IMG/VR virus record: IMGVR_UViG_3300012987_000011
Span: 1-54,992 of that record
Direction: 5' to 3' (one strand)
Length of the DNA stretch: 54,992 bases
From: a virus
Taxonomy: Duplodnaviria > Caudoviricetes
Shown: in pieces, positions 45,230 through 54,801 of the stretch
Layout of the letters: every line of letters starts with the position of its first letter
Position numbering within the stretch: position 1 is the first letter of the stretch
Notes under the pieces: model-generated
The model's database searches: none
The model's input: the letters and a program-made list of their open reading frames with translations, nothing else
Told to the model about the DNA's origin: nothing
Position numbers and translations under genes: made by a program

Positions 45230-45596
45230 TCGGTAACTCTCTCGCAGGGGTGTGTATGGCAGCAAGCCTATTGCGCAGGATAGCCCGTGCCCGCTGCCAG
45301 CGGTAGACCGCGTTGGAATCGGCGCCGGTGCGCCAGGGCAGCCAGACCCCGGCCCAGAAGCCGCCCTCCTCGCGCCGCTCGTGGGCGTGCAGCGCACACT
45401 CCAGCAGCACCGGGCAGTTGTCGCACACCGAGCGCATCGCGGCCTGCTCGGATTCCTTGGGTGTCACGTCGGCCGTCCACGGCATGCCGGAGAGGCCTTT
45501 GCACGCGGCGCGCTGACGCCACAGCTGCTCGGCGACGGGGATGATCTGCTCCCACCCGACGCCGATCCGGCGGGGGGCTCGGGTCTCGACGGTCAT
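45213..45596 (-). CDS. whiB: WhiB family transcription factor
   Basis: W...AAC...CxxCPV..EC...GFWAG. Confidence 0.9.
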   Translation of the reverse strand: MTVETRAPRRIGVGWEQIIPVAEQLWRQRAACKGLSGMPWTADVTPKESEQAAMRSVCDNCPVLLECALHAHERREEGGFWAGVWLPWRTGADSNAVYRWQRARAILRNRLAAIHTPARELPSDDIR

Positions 45597-45961
45597 TTCT
45601 TCACCCGATCCTTGGCCACCTGCATCAGCAGGGCGGCCATCATGTACGGCAGCTCGGAGATGTCGACGCGGGTGCTGAGAATCTGCACGAACGCGTAGAA
45701 CACCATCGGATTGTCGGTCGCCTCATCGGCTTTCGAGTCGATCGCCTGGGCCGCCCACTTGTCCAGAATGTCGAGCAGGGAATTCACTCGGGCAATGGCA
45801 CTGGCGTGGGCCTGGTCGATTTCGTGCACCGTCCGGAGACTGGCGCGCGGATCCGCTGAAATCGGCTGCATATCGTCGTCAATTCGCATATTGCAATCGG
45901 GGTCGTTGCAATAGACGCCGTCGGCGCTCAGGCGCAGCACGGGGTGGGCGCAATCGCTCAT
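45593..45961 (-). CDS. Hypothetical protein
   Basis: ATGA overlaps. Confidence 0.6.
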   Translation of the reverse strand: MSDCAHPVLRLSADGVYCNDPDCNMRIDDDMQPISADPRASLRTVHEIDQAHASAIARVNSLLDILDKWAAQAIDSKADEATDNPMVFYAFVQILSTRVDISELPYMMAALLMQVAKDRVKK

Positions 45962-46203
45962 CGGATCACCGGCCGGCGCTGCCACCCCACCGCGGTGCGG
46001 GCGTAGCTCGATGGCGCCGACGGGCTGAACCACGTCGCGGCCTCCATTGGTAACTCGGGGAGGACGATCGCATGGAAGCGGCGATCTGGGGCAGGTGCTG
46101 ACGCCGCCTGTGGACGATTGGGGGTCCGGTGGGGTGGTTGTACCGGAGAGGGGCGTTTGACGCCTCTCAGAGGCTCTGAGCCCCGATTGATCCTGATTCT
46201 CAT
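45958..46203 (-). CDS. Hypothetical protein
   Basis: ATGA overlaps on both sides. Confidence 0.45.
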   Translation of the reverse strand: MRIRINRGSEPLRGVKRPSPVQPPHRTPNRPQAASAPAPDRRFHAIVLPELPMEAATWFSPSAPSSYARTAVGWQRRPVIR

Positions 46204-46757
46204 GAGTCGAGCAACACCTTCCGTGCAGGGGGATCGGTCAGTACTTCGATGAAACGGCGGAGCTTTTCCAGGCCATAGCGGCCGAGGATCTGGTTGCACT
46301 GGCCGCAGAGCAGTGCACGTATGCACAGGTGACAGCCTTTTTTCGGGTCGTGGCCGGCGGTGCATTTGTGGTCGTGGTCCACGGCCAGGCGCTTGGTCTT
46401 CCCGGTGGCTACCCGGCACACGAAGCAGCAACCGCCCTGGTTCGCGTAGAGCAGCCAGTAGTCCTCGGCGGTGATCTCGAAATTACTCACCAACCTGGCC
46501 TCATGCGCCTGTTCGGACTGGCGGCGCTTGAACGCCCGGCCGTGCGCCAGGCAGCGCCGGCCCGGCACCTTCGGCGACACCGGCATGCACTTCTTCGGCG
46601 GGCGCCCCTCGGCCAGGCAGTCGACGCAGGCGGCCTTGCGGGCCTCGTGCTCGGCGTGGTGCTCATCGCAGCGCCCGGCGGGGTGTGGGCCGAACACCGC
46701 GCCCAGCTTCCCGGTCTTCCCGGCGGCACGGCATTCAGGGCAGGACTGCCGAGTCAC
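46200..46757 (-). CDS. Endonuclease VII (Holliday junction resolvase)
   Basis: 'QGGCCFVC...RLAVDHDH...RALLCGQCN..LG'. Confidence 0.9.
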   Translation of the reverse strand: MTRQSCPECRAAGKTGKLGAVFGPHPAGRCDEHHAEHEARKAACVDCLAEGRPPKKCMPVSPKVPGRRCLAHGRAFKRRQSEQAHEARLVSNFEITAEDYWLLYANQGGCCFVCRVATGKTKRLAVDHDHKCTAGHDPKKGCHLCIRALLCGQCNQILGRYGLEKLRRFIEVLTDPPARKVLLDS

Positions 46758-47014
46758 AGGTCGTCCAGCCGTTGCTGGGCCGCGGACACCTGATTGGCGG
46801 CGTGCCTGGCCCGGTTGGCGGCCTTGGTCGTCATTTTGCTGAACGACCTCGCCGCGTGCTCGGCGTCGCTGCGCTCGCGGTAGTTCCCGTCGATCCGGAG
46901 CACCACCTGCCAGCCGCCGGTTTCGGTCGGGACGACCATCACCGCATCGGGGTCCAAAATCCAATCGGCTCGCTCGGCGAAGAAACCGCCGGGGGTGTCC
47001 GGACTACTTGACAT
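46754..47014 (-). CDS. Hypothetical protein
   Basis: GAAGGA RBS; 'LRIDG.Y'. Confidence 0.6.
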   Translation of the reverse strand: MSSSPDTPGGFFAERADWILDPDAVMVVPTETGGWQVVLRIDGNYRERSDAEHAARSFSKMTTKAANRARHAANQVSAAQQRLDDL

Positions 47015-47039
47015 AACGTTTTCCTTCCGAGGGGGTTTG

Positions 47040-47195
47040 TATTGACACATCACACGCGCGTACACGTGTGCGCGTCACGTGGGGGGGCAATATATTGATC
47101 CAATTGATCCAATTGCAGGTCAGGGCCTAAATCTAATCCGATTAATCGGCTCACCTCCTCGTGGCTGAGCCGATTGTGAGCCGATTGGATTCTGG
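47040..47195. other. Putative replication origin
   Basis: AT-rich gap right after the helicase with tandem ATTGATCCA x2, TGAGCCGATT x2 plus inverted AATCGGCTCA, and CAGGTCAG. Confidence 0.55.
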
Positions 47196-47201
47196 GCCGC
47201 A

Positions 47202-48833
47202 TCATTCGGGCTCGATCTCGTCGGTCCAGTGCCGTGCTTCGACCACCTCGTCGGAGGGCAGACGCCAGTACGTGACGCGTGGTTTTCCGGCCTCTGATCG
47301 GTTCTCCACGATGAGCCTCAGCTTCGACACCGCACGTTTGAGGGTGGGTTCGCTGAAGTCGGTGTCCTTGCGTGCGTCGTCCTTGACCTTCTTTGACGCG
47401 GTGGGGCCGTTCATGAGCAAGTAGTCCGACAGCCAGGTGCTGGCGTCATCGACCTTCGTCCGGACCTCGGCACCCTCGGCCATCAGATCCTCCACGGTGA
47501 CGTCGGAGGTGCCGGTGAACTGGAACCGTGTCATCTCCGTCGTTCGGCCGTCGTGGGCCTGCACAGGTACCAGATCGAGGGCGTACTGCATGGCGAGGTC
47601 TTCCCGCCCGGCGGAGTTCTTTGACTGAGACATCACGCGGACGTCCTCGTCGTCGTTGACGCTGGATGCCTTGGCGAACGCGAATACCGATCGGGTCACC
47701 TCACCGAATGCCGCGGAGCCGGTAAGGGCCTGCACCGCGTTGGCGGCACCGTTTTTCCGGAAATGGGCGATGCCAATGACAATGCCGTCAATGGCGTGGG
47801 CGATGCGAATATACGGGTCAAGATATTCGCGGACTTCGTTGTTCTTGTGGATATCCACACTGCCACCCAGGGTGCTCATAATGGGGTCCACCACAAGCAT
47901 TTTCACCTTCAGGTCAAGCATTTGTTCCGTGAGCTGTTCCTCGTCCGCGCGGGAGAGGAATTGGGCCTCCTTGTCACCCATGGTGACCTCGGGATAAAAG
48001 ATCCGGCTCAGGTCGGCGTCGGCGGCCACCAGAGACGGTGCGACCATCGCGTCCACCTCCTCCTCGGCGGCGATGTAGGCGCAGTTCTGGGGGTTCTCGT
48101 ACCAGCAGCCCTCCAGCCTGCCCTGGGTGATCTCGCTGACAAACCACCGTGCTGCGGTGGACTTACCGGAGCCGGGGAGGCCTCCGAAGATGGCCAGGGT
48201 GCCGAGCTGGATGCGTCCAGCGCCGCGGTAGTGCCAAGCCCAGTCGGGAATGCGAAGCTGCACGTCAGCCATAGATCGCATGGTCAGAATGCGCGCCGCC
48301 GGTCCCGTCCCCCTACCGTCGGCGCGCGGCGCTTCCCCCGCCGACTCTTCTTCGTCAGGACCACTGACAGGGATGCGCCCGCGTGGCCCGGCCACCTGCG
48401 GCTCCATCTTCGGCAGGTTGGTGCGGGGTCCGGACGCCCGGCCGGCGGCGATCCCGCCCCGCATCGAGGCCTCGCACTGGGCCTGGCCGTCGTCGGCGAG
48501 TAGTCCGGACGCCGCGCACGCGCCGAGCAGGTGCTGCTCCACCTGCTCCACCGTGACCAGCCGGTTCTCGATGAGTTGGCCCAGGTTGAAGGCCTCGGTG
48601 TTCAGGGTCTCGTTGCGCCCGATCCCGTTGGCCGCCGCGTTGACGATGTTGTCGAACGAGTGCTTGAAGGCGGCCTTGACCGCGCCGCGCGTGCGGGGAT
48701 CCTCGATGGTGGGGTTGAAGTTCGGTCCCGACGACGACTGTGGAATCGGTTGTCGCGGTGGGGGTTTGGGTCTGTCGTCCAGCTTCCGAAGAGCGTCGAA
48801 TACGCCGGGCTTCTGCGGCTCCTCGTCGCTCAC
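47202..48833 (-). CDS. RepA-like AAA helicase (AAA_25) with N-terminal primase C-terminal-like domain
   Basis: GLPGSGKST, LVVDP, HFRK, GSAAF..V.R, KNS; 'GRNETLN..AF.LG'. Confidence 0.88.
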   Translation of the reverse strand: MSDEEPQKPGVFDALRKLDDRPKPPPRQPIPQSSSGPNFNPTIEDPRTRGAVKAAFKHSFDNIVNAAANGIGRNETLNTEAFNLGQLIENRLVTVEQVEQHLLGACAASGLLADDGQAQCEASMRGGIAAGRASGPRTNLPKMEPQVAGPRGRIPVSGPDEEESAGEAPRADGRGTGPAARILTMRSMADVQLRIPDWAWHYRGAGRIQLGTLAIFGGLPGSGKSTAARWFVSEITQGRLEGCWYENPQNCAYIAAEEEVDAMVAPSLVAADADLSRIFYPEVTMGDKEAQFLSRADEEQLTEQMLDLKVKMLVVDPIMSTLGGSVDIHKNNEVREYLDPYIRIAHAIDGIVIGIAHFRKNGAANAVQALTGSAAFGEVTRSVFAFAKASSVNDDEDVRVMSQSKNSAGREDLAMQYALDLVPVQAHDGRTTEMTRFQFTGTSDVTVEDLMAEGAEVRTKVDDASTWLSDYLLMNGPTASKKVKDDARKDTDFSEPTLKRAVSKLRLIVENRSEAGKPRVTYWRLPSDEVVEARHWTDEIEPE

Positions 48834-49657
48834 TGGTGGATCTCGGGTGACGCGGCGATGGACCAGAACCAGCGCTCATCCTGACTGAGCAGCGACGGCG
48901 GCGCGACAACGTACCCGCCCTTGCCGCGATAGTCCACACCTGGCAGGATCCCCGCGGTATTGCCTTCGCCGGTCGCCTTGATGTAGTAATGTAGTCCGCC
49001 GCTGCGGGTGTAGACCACCCCGTGTGCGTCTGGAAGTTCCTCGGAGGCAAGGATTTTGGGTATCTGCTCTCGCCCGTCAGGGGCACCTGGCTTCTTCGGC
49101 GGGTCCACGTCGATGACGTCGAACAGGTAGCCGGTGGCCAGGCCGATATTGTCGTTCGGGAACTTGGTCCAGCGCCGTTTGATCCGGTCGATGTCGCTGT
49201 GCGCGTCGTGCACGCCGTGACCGATCTTGCCGCACTCGCCCTTGCAGTGGCCGCGCAGCGGGTCGCCCTCGGGGTGGGCGTTCGGGATGGCCGGTCGCTT
49301 CGTCCTGGGGGCCAGTGGGAACACCCGCCAGCCCCACTCGGCGTACTTCACGGCGGCGTCGAGCAGGCGCGGTGGCTGGCGGTCCAGATCCGCGAGCTGC
49401 GACTTCAGGTCGGCGATCAGCACCTCGACAGAATCGGCGGCAGCCTCGTCGGAGGGGAGCATGCCGCCGATCGCGGCGGCCTCCGCCATCTCGTCATAGT
49501 CGCGTTCGGCCAGGTTTAGGTTGTCGACCAACGACTCTCGCCGCGTCGGGCGCGCGTTGACGCAGCGACCCTCGTGCACGTTGGTGTTCACGGTTTCCTC
49601 ACCGATGGCGACCATCAGGAGGTGGCCGCATCCGCGGCAGGTAGAGAAGATGCGCAT
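48830..49657 (-). CDS. Bifunctional DNA primase/polymerase (Prim-Pol)
   Basis: 'A..YA..GWRVFPL', 'NIGLATG...VIDVD', 'TRSGGLHYY', 'DYRG.GGYVVAPPS'. Confidence 0.93.
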   Translation of the reverse strand: MRIFSTCRGCGHLLMVAIGEETVNTNVHEGRCVNARPTRRESLVDNLNLAERDYDEMAEAAAIGGMLPSDEAAADSVEVLIADLKSQLADLDRQPPRLLDAAVKYAEWGWRVFPLAPRTKRPAIPNAHPEGDPLRGHCKGECGKIGHGVHDAHSDIDRIKRRWTKFPNDNIGLATGYLFDVIDVDPPKKPGAPDGREQIPKILASEELPDAHGVVYTRSGGLHYYIKATGEGNTAGILPGVDYRGKGGYVVAPPSLLSQDERWFWSIAASPEIHQ

Positions 49658-49680
49658 GATCTTGAAGCCTTCGGGGTGAC

Positions 49681-49718
49681 CGAAGGGGCTGCCGCGGGGG
49701 GATACGGCAGCCCCTTCG
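49681..49718 (-). terminator. 14-bp perfect hairpin after the SSB gene
   Basis: CGAAGGGGCTGCCG / CGGCAGCCCCTTCG. Confidence 0.65.
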
Positions 49719-49748
49719 TGGGTGGAACTACTTGTTAGGCAGCGCCAC

Positions 49749-50423
49749 TCAGAACGGCGGCTCGTCGTCGGGGACGTAGCCGTCGTCGTATGCGGAGGTG
49801 GGTGTCTGCCCGCCCTGGATCTGACCGGCAGGCGGAGTCTCGGCTGCCGGGCGGTTCTCGGTCTGCAGCTGATGGTAGGCCTTGATGGCCTTGTCCAGCC
49901 ATTCCGAGCCCTCCTTCGGTGCGCGCACCAGCAGAGGGCCGTAGATGCCCACCGAGCGGCCGCGCTGACGTGCGGCGTCGATGGCGGCCTGGTCGGTGAT
50001 CTCGCCGCCCTGGGCATTGCCCTGCGCGTCGTAGACCTGGGCCAGCTGGGTGGTCTGGGTGACCACGTCGCCGACGGCGATGGTGCCGTCCGGAAGGCCC
50101 TTCTTCGCCTCGATCCAATCACCAAAGGCCTTGCCCTTGAGGATGAGTCGGACGATGTCGCCGGCTTCCGGAACGTTCTCGTCCTCGCCGAGCCCGGCCG
50201 GGGAGGTGGTCCCCGGCAGAACGAGGCAGGTGACGACCATCTCCTGCGCGTGCTTGCCGTTCGGCTTCACGATCGGCGCGGACTCGCCGTTGTCGCCGCG
50301 CTTGAGTCGATCCCGCGACTCCGCCTTCAGGATGGCGCCGTTGAACACCTGGCCGAGCGCGGTGCGCTTCACGACCGGGTATCCGCCGACGCGGGGTTCC
50401 TCAAGGGCAATGCGTTGTGTCAT
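49749..50423 (-). CDS. Single-stranded DNA-binding protein (putative)
   Basis: Acidic C-terminal DDEPPF tail; lies between exonuclease and primase. Confidence 0.65.
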   Translation of the reverse strand: MTQRIALEEPRVGGYPVVKRTALGQVFNGAILKAESRDRLKRGDNGESAPIVKPNGKHAQEMVVTCLVLPGTTSPAGLGEDENVPEAGDIVRLILKGKAFGDWIEAKKGLPDGTIAVGDVVTQTTQLAQVYDAQGNAQGGEITDQAAIDAARQRGRSVGIYGPLLVRAPKEGSEWLDKAIKAYHQLQTENRPAAETPPAGQIQGGQTPTSAYDDGYVPDDEPPF

Positions 50424-50470
50424 CGGACTGCTTTCTCTTGTGTGTCAACTGAGTTCACTTTGTGATGTGC

Positions 50471-51475
50471 CTATCCCTGCGCCAGCAGATAAGCCTTCCG
50501 AGCGGCGACGGCCGCACGGAAATCTTTGGAGTCGATGCCCATGGCGGCACTCGACAGGTAGTGGTCCTTGAGATCCTGGATGGTGGCGCACGTCCCGGCG
50601 CGCATGATGGCGCGGTCCTCGGCGATCAGCGGCTCGGGCGCGATACCCAGCTCCATCTGGTCGTAGACCGGCCACATGATGTTGTCACGCTGCTCGGATC
50701 GGTGCTCCCACACCTTCTTCGCCGTGGAGCAGGCCTCCCAGCCCTTCTTGATGTTCACCCAGTGCAGCTCGCAGGTGCCCTCGCCGGCCGGGAGGTGGAT
50801 GATGACGGCCTTGTCGGCCTCGATGTACACCGGGTCTTTGCCGCGGGTGTCAGAGGCGATGTCGTAGGGCACAGAGTTGCGGTACATCGCCAGCTGCATG
50901 GCCATCTTCAGGCCCGAGCCCCAGTCGATGCTGCCGGTCTTGATGTCGGCGATGTAGTACCGGCCTTCGATTTTCACGATCCGGTCGGTGGTCCCGGCGA
51001 CCTGCCAGGCGTCATGGACGCGGAACGATTCGATGAACAGGTACTCCAGCTGGAACCGCTTCTTGGCCTGCTCGTAGGCCTTCAGATCGCTGCCGTGCGG
51101 CTCGGGCACCCGGCCCAGGGTCTCGCCGCGGTCCAGGCGCTCGGTCATCTTGTGCAGGGCGGTGCCGGTGGTGGCGGAGGCGTCCTGCCGCGCCCGCTCC
51201 ATCGCCTTCCATGCCACGGTGTCGAGCGTCGACTTGTCGTCCAGGGTGACGCTGGTGGCCTGCAGGATGAGGTCCGGAGACTGGGCCAGGCCCCATGCGA
51301 CGTTGCGCTGCTTCCATTTGTTCAGGTTGTACTGGTCTTCGAGCACGTCGATGAACTTGGTGGCGCGGCGGTACTTCAGCCGCTTGCTGCCGTCCTGGCT
51401 CATCACCAGCGGCCAGCCGTTGTGGTCGCGGGGGATCTCCGGACTGATCTTGATGCGTTGGGGTGCCTGGGTCAT
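50471..51475 (-). CDS. PD-(D/E)XK (Cas4/RecB-like) exonuclease
   Basis: GTALH...E...AGTTDR...IADIKTG...QLAMY. Confidence 0.88.
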   Translation of the reverse strand: MTQAPQRIKISPEIPRDHNGWPLVMSQDGSKRLKYRRATKFIDVLEDQYNLNKWKQRNVAWGLAQSPDLILQATSVTLDDKSTLDTVAWKAMERARQDASATTGTALHKMTERLDRGETLGRVPEPHGSDLKAYEQAKKRFQLEYLFIESFRVHDAWQVAGTTDRIVKIEGRYYIADIKTGSIDWGSGLKMAMQLAMYRNSVPYDIASDTRGKDPVYIEADKAVIIHLPAGEGTCELHWVNIKKGWEACSTAKKVWEHRSEQRDNIMWPVYDQMELGIAPEPLIAEDRAIMRAGTCATIQDLKDHYLSSAAMGIDSKDFRAAVAARKAYLLAQG

Positions 51476-51729
51476 GGCGTCACCGTAGCGGTGGGCTCCG
51501 ACAAGTAGCCGTCACGGTTCTGCAGCAACTCCCGGTAGACCCTCGGCGCGCGTGCCGCCGCTGCCGCCAGGTCACCCAAGATGTTGTAGGTCGGCTCCGA
51601 CCACGGCGCACATGTGGGGCACAGTGCTGCTCGGGTGCGGTCGACGGGGGCCACGCTGGTGAACATGTTGTTGCAGTGAGAGCAAAGATAGGTGCCGGGG
51701 CCGGGCGGTGGTGAGCTGGGCTCAGGCAT
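51472..51729 (-). CDS. Small Zn-ribbon protein
   Basis: AGGAG RBS; CSHC...CPTC. Confidence 0.6.
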   Translation of the reverse strand: MPEPSSPPPGPGTYLCSHCNNMFTSVAPVDRTRAALCPTCAPWSEPTYNILGDLAAAAARAPRVYRELLQNRDGYLSEPTATVTP

Positions 51730-51792
51730 AGACGCGCTCCTGGTTCAGGGGTGGAAGTTCCAGTTGTAGCACACCTCGCGGTGGCAGGAAAG

Positions 51793-51981
51793 CTATTCCG
51801 GCCATTGCTCGTAAATACACGTCTCACATGCGATTTGACCGTCGAGGTAGCCGATGGGGTCACCCGGTTCGATGTCGAAAGCGCAATCATTGCAACGGCC
51901 GTAGTATTCCGCCGGGAAGGTGGTCGGGCGCTGGGGTCTGGGCGCCGGCCGGGGGTCACCGACGGGTATGCGTTGAGACAT
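51793..51981 (-). CDS. Small Zn-binding protein
   Basis: 'FPAEYYGRCNDC..DIEPGD.I...CETC'. Confidence 0.65.
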   Translation of the reverse strand: MSQRIPVGDPRPAPRPQRPTTFPAEYYGRCNDCAFDIEPGDPIGYLDGQIACETCIYEQWPE

Positions 51982-52030
51982 TGCTGTAGCGTGACATGGC
52001 AGTAACCCCCTGCGCAATGAGGACACGCCG

Positions 52031-52528
52031 ATGTTTGACACCGAGCTGGGTCAGATCGTGACCCTGGTCTTCGTGCTCGCCGTGCTGATGGTGACCGTCA
52101 TCATGGGTCTGGTCGCCGACTTCGTGGACTGGCTGGAGGACCGCGTCAAGGCCCAGGAGGCCATCCACGCCGTCCGCCTGGAGATCGCCGAGGTGCTGGC
52201 CGAGCGCGCAGTCGAGCAGAACAACGCAATCCTGCGCGGGGACATCTGGTTTGGGCTCTACGGCGTGTACCAGCCGGCAATCAGTGAGAGTCTTGATCGT
52301 CTCTCGGCCGGTCTTCCATCGGCGTCGAATGATCACGCGGCTCCAGGAGTTTCGGGGGAGCCATGTGGCGGCCGGGAAGCTGACGGCGCAGCGCTTGCCG
52401 CGCCCGCTCATCGAACCGCTGCTCGCGGATCAAGGAGGCCAACAGAGGCACGGCTGCGACTGCGCCGAGCGAGTAGATCAGGAACCGAAGGTGTTGGCGC
52501 CCAGGGAAGTCTGGATCCCACCAGGTAG
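52031..52528 (+). CDS. Lone plus-strand membrane protein (3' half overlaps the convergent gene)
   Basis: GAGGA RBS; N-terminal TM helix; GC3-rich codons over the first ~75 codons. Confidence 0.5.
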   Translation: MFDTELGQIVTLVFVLAVLMVTVIMGLVADFVDWLEDRVKAQEAIHAVRLEIAEVLAERAVEQNNAILRGDIWFGLYGVYQPAISESLDRLSAGLPSASNDHAAPGVSGEPCGGREADGAALAAPAHRTAARGSRRPTEARLRLRRASRSGTEGVGAQGSLDPTR

Positions 52529-52772
52529 CGACGACGATCTGGATGAGCACCAGCGACATCACGGTCTTGAAGATCAGGTAGTTGCGGCCGATCCGGTTGG
52601 TGTACCACTGCGACCACCCCGCGTAGCGGATGGTGAAGGCGGCAGTGAGGATCGTCAGGTAGATCAGCGACATGTTGGCGGCGCGTTGGATGCTGCCGTT
52701 GTCAAACCACCAGATGTCGCCGATCAGCACGGCGAGGATCCCCGTCAGCGCGAATCCGATAAACCATCTCAC
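52281..52772 (-). CDS. Multi-pass membrane protein (lysis cassette, holin-like)
   Basis: Four hydrophobic segments; GTGA overlap. Confidence 0.75.
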   Translation of the reverse strand: MRWFIGFALTGILAVLIGDIWWFDNGSIQRAANMSLIYLTILTAAFTIRYAGWSQWYTNRIGRNYLIFKTVMSLVLIQIVVATWWDPDFPGRQHLRFLIYSLGAVAAVPLLASLIREQRFDERARQALRRQLPGRHMAPPKLLEPRDHSTPMEDRPRDDQDSH

Positions 52773-52975
52773 GCCTGGGTTCCCTTCGTCCGACGCCCCG
52801 CCATCGCAACCTGAATCGCCTCCCCAAACCCGTTGCGCGCGATCACCTGCTGTAGTTCATTATTGACGGACCGGGAATATGAGGCGAGGGCGGGGGTGTC
52901 AGCCGTCTCGGCGTCGGCGACAGCCAGGCGCTTCTCTGCGTCTTCAACAGCACGACGCCACGGCCATGGGATCAC
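52769..52975 (-). CDS. Small lysis-cassette protein
   Basis: 'WPWRR...RNGFGE.I..AM' typical of actinophage post-holin genes. Confidence 0.7.
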   Translation of the reverse strand: MIPWPWRRAVEDAEKRLAVADAETADTPALASYSRSVNNELQQVIARNGFGEAIQVAMAGRRTKGTQA

Positions 52976-53262
52976 CCGTGCTCACCACCCCTCGCCGATA
53001 GCTTCGCCAATTCCTCGCGGAATGACGAGACGATGGCGATGGTCGCCTGCTGGCCGGCGACGTTCTCGATCAGCGCCGCGGTGGCCGTGCGGTGGGCCTC
53101 TTCGTACTTGTCGCCCCGCTCGCGTTCCGCTTTGTACTGTCTACCCGGCACCAAACGTTGGGTGGCCACCGCCCAGATGAAGATCACGGCAGCCACCGTT
53201 GCCAGCGCTGGGGCCGATAGGCTTCCCAGGCTAGTCCAGAACGAGGTCAGGTGCGGTTCCAC
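52972..53262 (-). CDS. Membrane protein (lysis cassette)
   Basis: One TM helix, 'RLVP', coiled coil. Confidence 0.7.
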   Translation of the reverse strand: MEPHLTSFWTSLGSLSAPALATVAAVIFIWAVATQRLVPGRQYKAERERGDKYEEAHRTATAALIENVAGQQATIAIVSSFREELAKLSARGGEHG

Positions 53263-53266
53263 CGCA

Positions 53267-53515
53267 CTACGGGAGCGTCTTGGGGACGACCCTGACGCCG
53301 TTCTCCTCGGCGATCCGCTCCAGGTCTTCCACGTTGGCCGTGTTGCGCTTCAGCCATACCAGCCAGGTGCCGACGACGGTCAGGGCGACGCCCAGCCAGG
53401 GGCCGACCTGCGCGGGCAGCACGGTGCTGATCTCAGGGTTGCTGAGCACGCTGGTGATGGTGACGGATACGAGTGACAGGAAAGCGATGACGGCCTTCCA
53501 GTAACGACTGAGCAT
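53267..53515 (-). CDS. Holin
   Basis: GGGAG RBS; two TM helices; 'YWKAVIA...VW..RN'. Confidence 0.8.
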   Translation of the reverse strand: MLSRYWKAVIAFLSLVSVTITSVLSNPEISTVLPAQVGPWLGVALTVVGTWLVWLKRNTANVEDLERIAEENGVRVVPKTLP

Positions 53516-53607
53516 GAGAACTCCCAAAAATGGTTTCTGATGTGGGCTGATCCGCCGCCGAGGGCTACCGCGTCATGCGCGTGGGCACAGCAAATATCAC
53601 TCCGAGG

Positions 53608-54801
53608 TTACCCCGCAAGGCGGCCAATATAGTCACGGAAATGCATTGCGGCGAAGTCGACAAACGTCGGCCCGCCAGGCCAGGCGGCGTCGAACTCGTA
53701 CCGGATGTGCGGCGCGGTGCCCGCGAACAGGAACTCCAGCGCCAGCACTGCTGCCTTCGCGGCCGCTGCCGTCCCCGTGAGCTGATCGGCAGGCTTGCCC
53801 ATGGGGATCAGCCCACCGAGGGCTCCCAGGGCCAGTGGGAGGGCAAAGCCGAGGAACCCCGCGGGGCCGCCGGCCAGCGATGCCAGCGCGCCCGGCAGCG
53901 AGATGCCCGCCTTGGCGGCCACGGTGGGGATCACGGTGACCATCCGGATGGTGAACTGCATCAGGTCGGTGAACGCGAAGCGGGACACCTCGGCGTACAC
54001 ATCGTCCATGATGTCGCCGACCACACCGCCCGGCACCTGCGCGTACATGTCCTTGTCATGGGTCAGCCAGGCGTGCCGGAAGTCAGACGGGTCGCCGATG
54101 GCGAAGTCGGCGATGCCGTCGCCCCACGGCGCCGGCTGGCCGAAGAACCCGCCGCCCGCGGGCCGGGTCGGGTCACCGAACGTCACCGACGCCACGTAGC
54201 ACTGCGGGTGGTTCTTCAGCACCCACTCGCGGAACATCATCGCCAGGATCGCACCGGCCGAGTAGCCGACGATGCAGACTTTCAGCTGGGGGTTGCGAGC
54301 AAGGCGGGCAAGGAAATCGGCCTGTGCCGCCTTGAGTCCATCCTGAATCGCTGCCCACATCGACGGCGCTCCCACGCCACCCTGGGTCGCGCCGACCGGA
54401 ATGCCGCCCATCGTGGCCGCCCATGGAGTGTTGATCTCCTCCACCAGGTTGCCGAGCCGCTGGCATACCCGTGAGCAGATGTCGATGCCGATGATGCCGC
54501 CGGTACCGCGGAACACATAGGTGGGGATGCGCGGGCCGTCGGGCACTACGACGCCCGGCTTAGCACCTTGGTAGCCAACGCGATTGGCCAGGGCGTCATC
54601 GAAGATGCCGGTCTGGGGCAGCCCGACGCGGCGCTGCATCTCCTTGGTGAACGCGGCGTCGCTGCTGCCGTAGTAGCCGTCGACCGGACCCATGAGGTCG
54701 GCGTACGACTTGGCGTATGCCTTGCCCCACCGCTGCCAGTGGGTGACGTCGTCACCCTTCGCATCCGATGAGCCGAGGCGCAGCGGCAGGCGGGCGCTCA
54801 C
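53608..54801 (-). CDS. lysB: Lysin B (cutinase-like esterase) with N-terminal peptidoglycan-binding domain
   Basis: GYSAG nucleophile elbow, FGDP, DMYA, H; 'VDGYYG..D....EMQRR'. Confidence 0.92.
   Translation of the reverse strand: MSARLPLRLGSSDAKGDDVTHWQRWGKAYAKSYADLMGPVDGYYGSSDAAFTKEMQRRVGLPQTGIFDDALANRVGYQGAKPGVVVPDGPRIPTYVFRGTGGIIGIDICSRVCQRLGNLVEEINTPWAATMGGIPVGATQGGVGAPSMWAAIQDGLKAAQADFLARLARNPQLKVCIVGYSAGAILAMMFREWVLKNHPQCYVASVTFGDPTRPAGGGFFGQPAPWGDGIADFAIGDPSDFRHAWLTHDKDMYAQVPGGVVGDIMDDVYAEVSRFAFTDLMQFTIRMVTVIPTVAAKAGISLPGALASLAGGPAGFLGFALPLALGALGGLIPMGKPADQLTGTAAAAKAAVLALEFLFAGTAPHIRYEFDAAWPGGPTFVDFAAMHFRDYIGRLAG

Noticed and set aside
50471-51475. Cas4 as part of a CRISPR system
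   Set aside because: Stand-alone PD-(D/E)XK exonuclease beside SSB and primase is a standard phage recombination gene
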